Positions 9,454-16,339 of a stretch of DNA of 32,000 nucleotides are shown here, one piece after another. Position numbers and translations under genes: made by a program. The notes beneath the pieces were generated by a model. That model worked only from the letters and a program-made list of their open reading frames with translations. It was not told where the DNA came from and searched no databases. The number at the start of each line of letters is the position of its first letter. Position 1 is the stretch's first letter. Origin of the DNA: an uncultured bacterium (GTDB lineage Bacteria; GCA-001730085); the NCBI GenBank assembly GCA_964565945.1, contig CAZMGY010000030.1:56381-88380 (forward strand). Direction: 5' to 3'.

Positions 9454-9486
9454 TAAAAAAAGCGCCTTGCAATCAAGTAAGGCGCT
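9454..9486 (-). terminator. rho-independent terminator after the secreted jelly-roll gene
   Basis: A perfect 8-bp stem (AGCGCCTT 9461-9468 pairing with AAGGCGCT 9479-9486) encloses a 10-nt loop. On the minus strand it is followed by a run of 7 U (plus-strand A run 9455-9461). It lies 32 nt past the stop at 9518. Confidence 0.75.
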
Positions 9487-9517
9487 TTCAAAAGCATTAA
9501 CTCTTTAAATGAAAATT

Positions 9518-10099
9518 TTAAAGAGTTTGAAAACTAACATCATCTAAGTAAAGAACACCATCTTTATCAGTCGCATTGATGTCATCAAATACAATAACAA
9601 ATTGTGCAACACTTCTCCAGTCAGTCAAACCACTGAACTTACGGAAAGGAACAACAATTTTTTTCCAGTCACTTGTCACACCTGTGACCAAATAACGTCC
9701 AACTTCTCCGTTAGAGCCTTTAAGCTCTACTTTGAACTGTGTTGTGTAACCTGTTTTTTTATCTCCAACTACATAGAACACTAGCGAGTTGTATTCTCTT
9801 AAATCAACATTGTTTAGATGCATCCAACAACCGTTGTAAGCCGGATTAGGTGAATCAACATCATAATCCAATTTGAGAGAGTATCCAGAGTCGCCATTGC
9901 GAATATCGCCATCGAAAGAATCATTACAGAACTGAGTTGTATCTTTCTCATCTTTGTCCCAGGTGCCGAAGTTTCCACCTAAAAAATTAGGCTTGGACAT
10001 ATCGTTAAAGTCATCCACTAACAACACATTAGCATGCGCTACTACCACCGACGTCAGAATTAGTCCTACCGAAGCTACTACCACTTTCATCATCTTCAT
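9518..10099 (-). CDS. secreted beta-rich protein with a CBM11/CIA30-like (galactose-binding-like jelly-roll) domain
   Basis: ATG at 10099 (MKMMKVVVASVGLILTSVVVAHA, a Sec-type signal) with AGGAG 9 nt upstream. The ORF-track N-terminus MCKKKERPK merely translates that SD region. The mature part carries LLVDDFND, SGYSLKLDY and DGVLYLDDVSF, paralogous to the N-terminal domain of the 494-aa protein at 10731-12215. Confidence 0.6.
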   Translation of the reverse strand: MKMMKVVVASVGLILTSVVVAHANVLLVDDFNDMSKPNFLGGNFGTWDKDEKDTTQFCNDSFDGDIRNGDSGYSLKLDYDVDSPNPAYNGCWMHLNNVDLREYNSLVFYVVGDKKTGYTTQFKVELKGSNGEVGRYLVTGVTSDWKKIVVPFRKFSGLTDWRSVAQFVIVFDDINATDKDGVLYLDDVSFQTL

Positions 10100-10173
10100 T
10101 TTTGGTCTCTCCTTTTTTTTACACAAAACGAATCAATCACCTTTTCCCTAAGTTCTTTGAGGCTCTAGGCCTC

Positions 10174-10632
10174 CTAATGTTTTCTATCGTCATCCGTTCC
10201 ATCTTGACCATCTCGACCCACCGAATACAAATCAAAATAACGACCATCAACCAGTGACGCATGTTTCCGATAACGAAACGGCTGTCCCCAGGCGTCTAAG
10301 ATGTTTCCAGCATCATTCACATCTCGGCCTTTTTTGAGCTCGATGTATGGCCCACGCCAACGAGATCCCAAAGAAGCAAGCCCCAGACCTTTCGTCCCGT
10401 GAACTAAGGCCCACAAAGTAAGCGAATCGGGATAAACACCCATATCCACTTTGTAAAGTTTAAGCGCCAAAGCCAGCGAGGCCAATTGAGCCTCCGTCTT
10501 AGCTTCAAACGCACGGTTACGAGAGGTTCGCAAGGACGGCAAAGCTATACTTGCCAAAATCACCATCACCGAAATGACTGTTAACACCTCTAGTAAGGTA
10601 AATCCTCGTCTACTCATCTCCCTGATCCCCAT
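10174..10632 (-). CDS. gspG: type II secretion major pseudopilin GspG
   Basis: Prepilin leader and methylation site MSRRG|FTLLEVLTVISVMVILASIALP. The C-terminus DAWGQPFRYR...FDLYSVGRDGQDGTDDD matches the GspG calcium-loop pattern. The start is either ATG 10632 or ATG 10617. Confidence 0.85.
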   Translation of the reverse strand: MGIREMSRRGFTLLEVLTVISVMVILASIALPSLRTSRNRAFEAKTEAQLASLALALKLYKVDMGVYPDSLTLWALVHGTKGLGLASLGSRWRGPYIELKKGRDVNDAGNILDAWGQPFRYRKHASLVDGRYFDLYSVGRDGQDGTDDDRKH

Positions 10633-10697
10633 TCTATCATAAAGTAATTTTATTTTACAATAAGATTTTAAAGCTCTAAATAAATCACCTGTTCAAA

Positions 10698-10709
10698 GAA
10701 TTATAATTC
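10698..10709. promoter_or_regulatory. perfect 12-bp palindrome GAATTATAATTC (TATAAT on both strands) upstream of gspG
   Basis: Read directly from the sequence. It lies in the 98-nt gap between the NHL gene stop (10731) and the gspG start. The minus-strand TATAAT is at 10705-10700 and has only a weak -35 (GTTACC). Confidence 0.3.
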
Positions 10710-10730
10710 AGGACAAATCCTCGGTAACGT

Positions 10731-12215
10731 TTATTGAATGCCATCCTGGACCTCCTGAATCTTTAACACCATTACCTTACGATGACTGTGGTCTCCCACA
10801 AACACCAAGGATTCATTATTCTTAATAATAACATCAATAAATTTTAATTGTCCCAGACGATCCAAGTGGCTTACGCCCAAATATTTCCAATTTTTATCAA
10901 ACACATAAATCCCCTTAGCTTTGGACGAAATCACCAAACAGCTTCCCGATATAGGATCAAAAGCACAATCCGAAGAAATAAAAAAGGCGCCTTTTTCATC
11001 GATGCATTTGGCTGAACTCACATATTTTCCATCAAGATCAAATTTATCAATCGAAGATGCAGCCTCATCCATAACATACATATAACCTTGGTGAATTTTG
11101 AGCCGCACCGGCTCCAAAAAGAAGCTAGCCTTTCCCTGCTTTTTCCAAAACAATTGGCCCGACTTACCATCGGATCTATATTTCCAAATCGTGTTGTCCG
11201 AAATATCGAGAACATAGACATAGCCTTCATCATCCACCGCAATATCTTTCAACTCACCAAAAGGCTTTCCATCTCCACGCCAAGTTAACAAGCCTTTTTG
11301 AGCAAAAGTCTCATCCACCACACCTTCGGTCGATAATTTTTGCAAACGTTTATTCACGCTATCGGCCACATAAAAAGCTGTCTTTTCGGGATTAAACGAA
11401 ATCGCCAAAGGTTCATTAAATTCTCCTAAACTTTGCCCTAAACGACCAATTTCTTGCACATAGTGTCCATTTTGATCGTACTTAAAGATAAATGAACCCA
11501 TTTTTTGAACTATAAACAAATTTCCTTGAACATCGCAAGCCAAATCGACCGCAGAAACAATAGGAATCCCCTCCATAAGATTCCCTACCTTCTCCTTACC
11601 CTCTTCCGACAAGTGTATTTGAGAGCTCACGTTATCTAAGTTTTTCTTGGACAGAGTAATATGATCTATATAAAGCGTTCCTTTAGCCTGAGCATCGTTG
11701 GGCGCAACAAAAAGAAAAAGGTTTTTAATATTGCTTTGATCTAACTTTAACTTAGAAAAATTAAATTCGAGATCATTCCACTGATCGGCATTCAAGGCTG
11801 TCTTAATTCCTACATTGGCTTGCTCACCCCGACGGTCTTCCATTTTGAGCAATAGTTTGACCGACCCAAACACACGTATACGTAACACATCGTAATCACT
11901 AAAATTGCACTTGGGATTAATCGAATCAAAATAAGCCCCCACCAATTGAAACGGAGCCGATTTCTCGTAATCCAGTTTCATTGAATACTTCCCTTTGTAA
12001 GCTTTTTTTTGATTAATGGTGTAAGTGTAAACTTTATCTTCATCCAAATGCCACCATCCCGTACTTGTCACAGGGCTCCATAAATTGGCATCTTCAAAAT
12101 CTTCAATCACAACCTCATAAGGGATCTTTGCCCCTAAGGCAACAGCCAAAAAGAGACTCCCTACAACACTATTGATAACTACGTTCACAGCTGAATTTTT
12201 CCCTTTGATACTCAA
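10731..12215 (-). CDS. secreted protein: N-terminal CBM11/CIA30-like jelly-roll domain plus C-terminal NHL-repeat beta-propeller
   Basis: 494-aa ORF with signal peptide MSIKGKNSAVNVVINSVVGSLFLAVALGA. The N-terminal domain carries VVIEDFEDA, GKYSMKLDY and GTLYIDHITL. The C-terminal half has repeated NHL-like units (LGEFNEPLAISFNPEKTAFYVADSVNKRLQKL, LKDIAVDDEGYVYVLDISDNTIWKY, and others). Confidence 0.7.
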   Translation of the reverse strand: MSIKGKNSAVNVVINSVVGSLFLAVALGAKIPYEVVIEDFEDANLWSPVTSTGWWHLDEDKVYTYTINQKKAYKGKYSMKLDYEKSAPFQLVGAYFDSINPKCNFSDYDVLRIRVFGSVKLLLKMEDRRGEQANVGIKTALNADQWNDLEFNFSKLKLDQSNIKNLFLFVAPNDAQAKGTLYIDHITLSKKNLDNVSSQIHLSEEGKEKVGNLMEGIPIVSAVDLACDVQGNLFIVQKMGSFIFKYDQNGHYVQEIGRLGQSLGEFNEPLAISFNPEKTAFYVADSVNKRLQKLSTEGVVDETFAQKGLLTWRGDGKPFGELKDIAVDDEGYVYVLDISDNTIWKYRSDGKSGQLFWKKQGKASFFLEPVRLKIHQGYMYVMDEAASSIDKFDLDGKYVSSAKCIDEKGAFFISSDCAFDPISGSCLVISSKAKGIYVFDKNWKYLGVSHLDRLGQLKFIDVIIKNNESLVFVGDHSHRKVMVLKIQEVQDGIQ

Positions 12216-13035
12216 TTTGAGACATACTTTTGTTTAATAACAGCTGCGTCCTCTTACATAAAGCCCTGTTGAGCCTATAATCGGCTGGCGCAATAAAGTC
12301 AACTCGTTGCGCATTTAGTAACTCTTTGCACTTCTTAAGCTGCTTGGATGTATTAGGCTTATACACCGCAATCGCATAACCACCATTATTTTTAGTGACC
12401 GTCATACTCGGCACATCGGTCAGGCCATCTCCAATATAGATAATCTGCGAAAAAGGTATCGGGCGCTCATCTTCGGGCATGTAATCGTTCACATTTTCAT
12501 GAATGCCTTCGCGCCCCTTATTGATCCTAAAAATATATTGGGTTTTTTCGGTTCCTGTGATCAAAATATTGGGAAAACGCGCTGCATCGTGATGATCAAA
12601 ATAATAGGCCGACGCATAAATTCGTTCGAAATGATGTTTAATATCGATCCCCTCTAATATTTCCTTCATGCCTGCCGAAATGATATAGTGTTTAACATTG
12701 ATGTGCCCATCGCTTTTGACATGAACATAATCATTGATCTGATCGAACCATTCTTTCACCCCATCAAAATATTTAATATTTTGAGCCATCGCCGCAAAAT
12801 CTTCAGGAGCAATGTGTTCTTCATTTTTTTCGGCATACTTAATTAGCAAGCGCATATAGGTCAACATTTCATCGGCATCCTCTTTGAGAGCCTCCTTCGA
12901 CACTTCTTCCCAAAACTCCTTGGGATTAATCCCCATCTTCGGCAATACGGTGTACTCTTGCATCGGCTGAGGAGACAAGGTGCCATCAAAATCATAGATC
13001 ATTGCAATGGTGTTTTTGGTGTAGTTCAGCCCCAT
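12169..13035 (-). CDS. HAD-superfamily hydrolase (PSPase-like subfamily IB)
   Basis: Motif I MIYDFDGTLSP, motif II IISAGM and motif IV YIGDGLTDVP. The ORF-track start at 13047 is TTG. ATG 13035 or ATG 13002 is more likely. The 3' end overlaps the NHL gene start by 47 nt. Confidence 0.75.
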   Translation of the reverse strand: MGLNYTKNTIAMIYDFDGTLSPQPMQEYTVLPKMGINPKEFWEEVSKEALKEDADEMLTYMRLLIKYAEKNEEHIAPEDFAAMAQNIKYFDGVKEWFDQINDYVHVKSDGHINVKHYIISAGMKEILEGIDIKHHFERIYASAYYFDHHDAARFPNILITGTEKTQYIFRINKGREGIHENVNDYMPEDERPIPFSQIIYIGDGLTDVPSMTVTKNNGGYAIAVYKPNTSKQLKKCKELLNAQRVDFIAPADYRLNRALCKRTQLLLNKSMSQIEYQREKFSCERSYQ

Positions 13036-13379
13036 AGTTGATCCCAAGTCTCTTCCTTAAAACCAACGGTCCCTTTGACACCATCAAGCACAAACGGTCT
13101 TTTGATCAGATTACCATTGGACGCCAAAAGCTCCAAAGCTTGTTGTTCACTCATATCGGGCAATTGATCTTTAATACCCAAAGCACGGTAGTCTTGCCCA
13201 GATGTATTGAATATTTTTTTCAATTCCCCCACTTGAGCTAACATCGTTTGCAATTCTTGAATTGAAGGAGGTATTTCGCGAATCATGATATATTGGTAGG
13301 GAATCCCTTTACTATCTAAATATTTTTGAGCTTTTCGACAGATTCCACACTTGTTGTAACCATACACTTTAAGAGCCAT
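13026..13379 (-). CDS. ArsC/Spx-family protein (YffB-like)
   Basis: The pattern MALKVYGYNKCGICRKAQKYLDSKGIPYQYI...LIKRPFVL is typical of the ArsC family. The ORF-track start at 13397 is GTG. The ATG at 13379 lies 2 nt after the upstream stop. Confidence 0.75.
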   Translation of the reverse strand: MALKVYGYNKCGICRKAQKYLDSKGIPYQYIMIREIPPSIQELQTMLAQVGELKKIFNTSGQDYRALGIKDQLPDMSEQQALELLASNGNLIKRPFVLDGVKGTVGFKEETWDQLWG

Positions 13380-13381
13380 AC

Positions 13382-13936
13382 TTAAGATTCCTTCCACTTA
13401 ATAGAACAGCCCATTGAAGGGAAAGGTTTCACAGTGATCACCTCTCCTTGAAGCAGTTGCTTGATTGCATCTTTCAATTCTTCTTGGGTCACATGACTTT
13501 CATCCTTCCAGTTATCATCCATGCGGCCATGAAAAACAAGCTTTTTGTCGGCATCAAACAAATATAGATCTGGTGTGCACTGAGCCTTAAATGCTCTCGC
13601 CACCTCTTGCGTCGCATCAATCAAATAAGGAAAAGGAATTTGCCACTCTTCTATTTTTTGCAACATTTGATCGGAGGAATCTTCGGGATAATTCGGATGA
13701 ATGTTAGGATTAATCGCCACGGTTTGAATCCGTTGAGGTATCGCCCAATGAGCTAAACGAATCAAACGGGACCATATCGCCAAAGCATAAGGACAATGAT
13801 TGCAGGTAAACACCACCAAAAGTCCTTTAGATCCCACCAAACGTTCCGAAAAATACTCCTGTCCGTGGGGATCTTGCAACGAAAAAGGCGGTAAAAGTGT
13901 CCCTAAATCAATATCGATGGACTCAACCAAGGCCAT
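13382..13936 (-). CDS. thioredoxin-fold thiol-disulfide oxidoreductase (AhpC/TSA-redoxin-like)
   Basis: VVFTCNHCPY active-site motif, TPDLYLFD, and C-terminal GCSIKW. The ORF-track start at 13945 is GTG. The first ATG is at 13936 (MALVESIDIDLG). Confidence 0.8.
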   Translation of the reverse strand: MALVESIDIDLGTLLPPFSLQDPHGQEYFSERLVGSKGLLVVFTCNHCPYALAIWSRLIRLAHWAIPQRIQTVAINPNIHPNYPEDSSDQMLQKIEEWQIPFPYLIDATQEVARAFKAQCTPDLYLFDADKKLVFHGRMDDNWKDESHVTQEELKDAIKQLLQGEVITVKPFPSMGCSIKWKES

Positions 13937-14006
13937 ATGCAACACCCTTCTTATTATTTTTATCCAAATTCAGAAGGATATTATACTCTAAAATAAATAA
14001 CTTTTC

Positions 14007-14035
14007 TTGTAAGGATATAACCTGATCCATAGACT
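14007..14035 (+). promoter_or_regulatory. candidate promoter for the small plus-strand ORF
   Basis: TTGTAA (14007-14012), a 17-nt spacer, then TAGACT (14030-14035), 52 nt upstream of ATG 14087. Sequence pattern only. Confidence 0.35.
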
Positions 14036-14086
14036 CATTAGGGTACATGTAGTAAAGAAAAAACCAACATAGAGGAGATTGTAACG

Positions 14087-14233
14087 ATGAAAAAATTAAC
14101 AATTGCCATGATGTTTGCTATCGCACTGAGCGTTTCCAGCCAATTATGGGCTGGTTCTGGATGTTGCGGTGGTGATTCACCAAGCAGTGGTAGGGACAAC
14201 AGAGGTCCTTTATTAGGTTCTTATCCGTGCTAA
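14087..14233 (+). CDS. small (48 aa) Cys-rich secreted peptide or lipoprotein candidate
   Basis: Absent from the ORF track because it is under 60 aa. My own translation is MKKLTIAMMFAIALSVSSQLWAGSGCCGGDSPSSGRDNRGPLLGSYPC followed by a stop. GAGGAG lies 9 nt upstream of the ATG. The N-terminus looks like a signal peptide (KK, then a hydrophobic core). This is the only plus-strand gene candidate in the window. Confidence 0.45.
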   Translation: MKKLTIAMMFAIALSVSSQLWAGSGCCGGDSPSSGRDNRGPLLGSYPC

Positions 14234-14234
14234 T

Positions 14235-14882
14235 CTAGAATCGACTGAGATGTGCCACTAGGGTATCTGAAAGTTTTTGCGCAAGCTGAGGTAGGGATTT
14301 AAAAAAATCCTCCTTAGCTTGTGCATCGGCACAATCGCCGACCGCTTTAATCACCATACAAGTTAACTGAAAATCTGTACAAACCTGAACAATTCCAAAG
14401 GCTTCCATATCAACAACGTGAGCCAACAGAGCCAACTTCTTTTTATCATCCTCATTCTCAATGGGTCGATCAACTGTCACCAAAGATAAAGGCATCAAAT
14501 CTGCCCAAGGCCCTTCATTAACCGCTAAAGCCTTGTGGTCATCTTCGAATGACTCTCGCAAGTCAACATCTAACACGGTGTCAATTTGGACCACATCCCC
14601 AAGCAACAAATCATCAAGCAAGGTACCCGCTAAACCAGCATTAATAACATAACGGGGCTTGTAATGAATTAAAAGATAGCACATTGCCACTTCGGCAGCC
14701 ACTTTTCCCATACCACTGATCATACAAACAGCTTTGTGCTCCGAATTAGGCAAAGAAAACCCATAAATAGGAAAGGGTTCCTCTATCCAAATCTCGGTCT
14801 CCAAAGATTTTAAAAATGGTTTGCCTTCCGCCTTGGTGGCAAAAACAATCGCTAACACTACCTCTTGTCGCATATCATCCAT
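14235..14882 (-). CDS. MTA/SAH nucleosidase-family (PNP_UDP_1) hydrolase; Pfs or futalosine hydrolase type
   Basis: ISGMGKVAAEVAMCYLLIHYKPRYVINAGLAGTL and VDMEAFGIVQVC...AVGDCAD align with my recollection of E. coli Pfs (SGIGKVAA...IINTGSAGGL; VEMEATAIAHVC...AISDVAD). The acidic catalytic positions are retained. The ORF-track start at 14891 is TTG. ATGs occur at 14882 and 14873. Confidence 0.7.
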   Translation of the reverse strand: MDDMRQEVVLAIVFATKAEGKPFLKSLETEIWIEEPFPIYGFSLPNSEHKAVCMISGMGKVAAEVAMCYLLIHYKPRYVINAGLAGTLLDDLLLGDVVQIDTVLDVDLRESFEDDHKALAVNEGPWADLMPLSLVTVDRPIENEDDKKKLALLAHVVDMEAFGIVQVCTDFQLTCMVIKAVGDCADAQAKEDFFKSLPQLAQKLSDTLVAHLSRF

Positions 14883-14943
14883 ATGACACAATATGTTCCC
14901 TACCTAAGTCCCTCCCAGGATCATTAAAAATTACTTTCACGCC

Positions 14944-15163
14944 TTATGATAAGTAGGCATTTTTCTCCTCCAACGGCTTAAAATTTAATATCTTATCACG
15001 ATAGTACTCATACGGCTTTATTCTCGCCTCTAGCTCCTCTTCTAATTTGGTGAACCTATCTTAGATGGTTGAGACAACTTTTTTATTTAGCAATTCCTGA
15101 ATACTTTTAAACTCCACCCCATTCGAGCAATACTGCACTATCAGTGCCATCAATTTTGCTCAT
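14944..15163 (-). pseudogene. hsdS: decayed fragment of a type I restriction-modification specificity subunit (hsdS C-terminal region)
   Basis: The minus strand reads MSKIDGTDSAVLLEWGGV-stop. After a +1 shift it reads EFKSIQELLNKKVVSTI-TAA(15061-15063)-DRFTKLEEELEARIKPYEYYRDKILNFKPLEEKNAYLS-stop. The block ..ILD(K/R)F..L....E.R.K.YEYYRDK(L/I)L.F is the conserved HsdS C-terminal helix as I recall it. No target-recognition domain, hsdM or hsdR is present. Confidence 0.5.
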
Positions 15164-15177
15164 GCTATAACCTCGTC

Positions 15178-15209
15178 ATTCTGCGCGACACAAAGCAAAA
15201 TCGCAGAAT
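15178..15209. repeat. inverted repeat ATTCTGCG-(16 nt)-CGCAGAAT
   Basis: Perfect 8-bp arms at 15178-15185 and 15202-15209, read directly. The arms are related to those of the neighbouring palindrome at 15230-15251. Confidence 0.6.
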
Positions 15210-15229
15210 CTATTGACTTTTATTTATGG

Positions 15230-15251
15230 ATTCCGCAACTGCATGCGGAAT
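15230..15251. repeat. inverted repeat ATTCCGCA-(ACTGCA)-TGCGGAAT, hairpin 30 nt past the AsmA-like gene stop
   Basis: Perfect 8-bp arms at 15230-15237 and 15244-15251 with a 6-nt loop. No U tract follows on the minus strand, so it is not a canonical intrinsic terminator. Confidence 0.6.
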
Positions 15252-15281
15252 GACAATGTACTTTCATGGCTACAATATCTT

Positions 15282-16337
15282 CTACCTCGCAAACACAATC
15301 TTGCTTTTCACACCGTCCTTATCCTTACTTGGAGTCAACACTTTTCGTTTAAATTCTCGTTTGAATTCCTCAACAATCAGAGACAGATTATCTACAATTG
15401 TGCCTTGAGGCGGTTGATCAATAATAAAATTCAACTCCACCTGCCCCCGTTTTTCCATAAGATACGTTTGCATTTGTTTAAGTCTAACAGTTTGCCTTAA
15501 AAGTTCGACATCAACATCTTCGAGCTGAGACATCATCTGAACCCTTAACGAGTCTTTAAGCTTCTGAGTTAACATCGACATCGAGAAAAACCCTTTTAAA
15601 ATCTTGGAATTTTGCTTCGAATTCAAATAGGCATCCACTTGAGACAAGTCCAAATGATTTACTTTAAAGTGCCCCCAAAGCTTTTTTTCCGACAATATAA
15701 AAAAAGACAAATGAAAGTCCTTAACCAAATCATTTAAACCATAACCATAAGCTTCGACCCGAACTAAGGCATCGGTGTTTTCTAGATCAACTTGGCTAAT
15801 GCCAACATAATCCGCATGCAAACTGATATCAATAATACGATCATTCAACCTATCTTTCACATAGACTTGAAAATTCCTCATCTGCAACGAATCAAAATAG
15901 TCTCCCCTAAAAACCGAAGGTTGCTGCCACAAGCCAACAATATCGGTAAATAAGCCCGTTAGAAAGTCGGGAGAACGTTCGATGTTTTGTTTGCGCAAAT
16001 GTCTGTTATCAAATTCGAGTCGAACATCCCTGCACTCGATTCTCGAAAACTTGATACGCCTTTCCACAAAAAAGCTCCATAATGATAATTCGCTCCTAAC
16101 ATGATCAATCTCCAAAAGCACACTTTTTTCATTATTGAGTTTCAAGCTTTCAATACGAATAACACCAGGCAAAATCCCAAACTTAATTCGGTCAACATCT
16201 AAACTTATTTGAGTGTTATCATTCAAAAAAGCATACAACTCCTGAGTGATCCACTTCGCCATAGACACCCGAATTGCGATGGGAACACAAAGAACCAAAA
16301 TAAAACCTAAACTACATAAAACTGGAAAACGTTTCAT
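15282..16337 (-). CDS. single-pass membrane protein with AsmA-like N-terminal region
   Basis: 351-aa ORF. It has an N-terminal anchor MKRFPVLCSLGFILVLCVPIAI. This is followed by ISLDVDRIKFGILPGVIRIESLKLNN..., which resembles the AsmA/DUF748 pattern G.I.L.L.P.L.L..V.L.N. The rest is beta-rich. It is the last gene of the pseudopilin operon. Confidence 0.45.
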   Translation of the reverse strand: MKRFPVLCSLGFILVLCVPIAIRVSMAKWITQELYAFLNDNTQISLDVDRIKFGILPGVIRIESLKLNNEKSVLLEIDHVRSELSLWSFFVERRIKFSRIECRDVRLEFDNRHLRKQNIERSPDFLTGLFTDIVGLWQQPSVFRGDYFDSLQMRNFQVYVKDRLNDRIIDISLHADYVGISQVDLENTDALVRVEAYGYGLNDLVKDFHLSFFILSEKKLWGHFKVNHLDLSQVDAYLNSKQNSKILKGFFSMSMLTQKLKDSLRVQMMSQLEDVDVELLRQTVRLKQMQTYLMEKRGQVELNFIIDQPPQGTIVDNLSLIVEEFKREFKRKVLTPSKDKDGVKSKIVFAR

Positions 16338-16339
16338 GG

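Noticed and set aside
10100-10126. The N-terminal extension MCKKKERPK of the jelly-roll protein in the ORF track.
   Set aside because: These codons are the translation of the A-rich AGGAG Shine-Dalgarno region. The real start is ATG 10099. The same logic applies to the TTG/GTG track starts at 8603, 13047, 13397, 13945, 14891, 19751 and 24744.
10159-10173. A GC-rich hairpin, GAGGC-TCTAG-GCCTC, immediately after the gspG stop.
   Set aside because: It has a 5-bp stem and no U tract, and the downstream gene follows 60 nt later with its own SD. At most it is an intercistronic stability element, not a terminator. It is not independently supportable.
12169-12215. The 47-nt overlap between the HAD gene 3' end and the NHL gene 5' end, considered as a sign of a frameshift or pseudogene.
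   Set aside because: Both ORFs are intact and full length with their family motifs. The upstream ATG gives the NHL protein a proper signal peptide (K-rich n-region), whereas the in-frame GTG alternative does not. I accept it as a genuine overlap.
14235-14882. The PNP_UDP-family protein next to an R-M relic, considered as a defence-system effector (nucleotide-depleting PNP domains occur in some anti-phage systems).
   Set aside because: The protein is a compact 210-218 aa and aligns along its whole length with housekeeping Pfs/MTAN motifs. It has no fused sensor domain and no partner genes. The neighbouring hsdS is a dead fragment. A housekeeping nucleosidase or futalosine hydrolase is the simpler reading.
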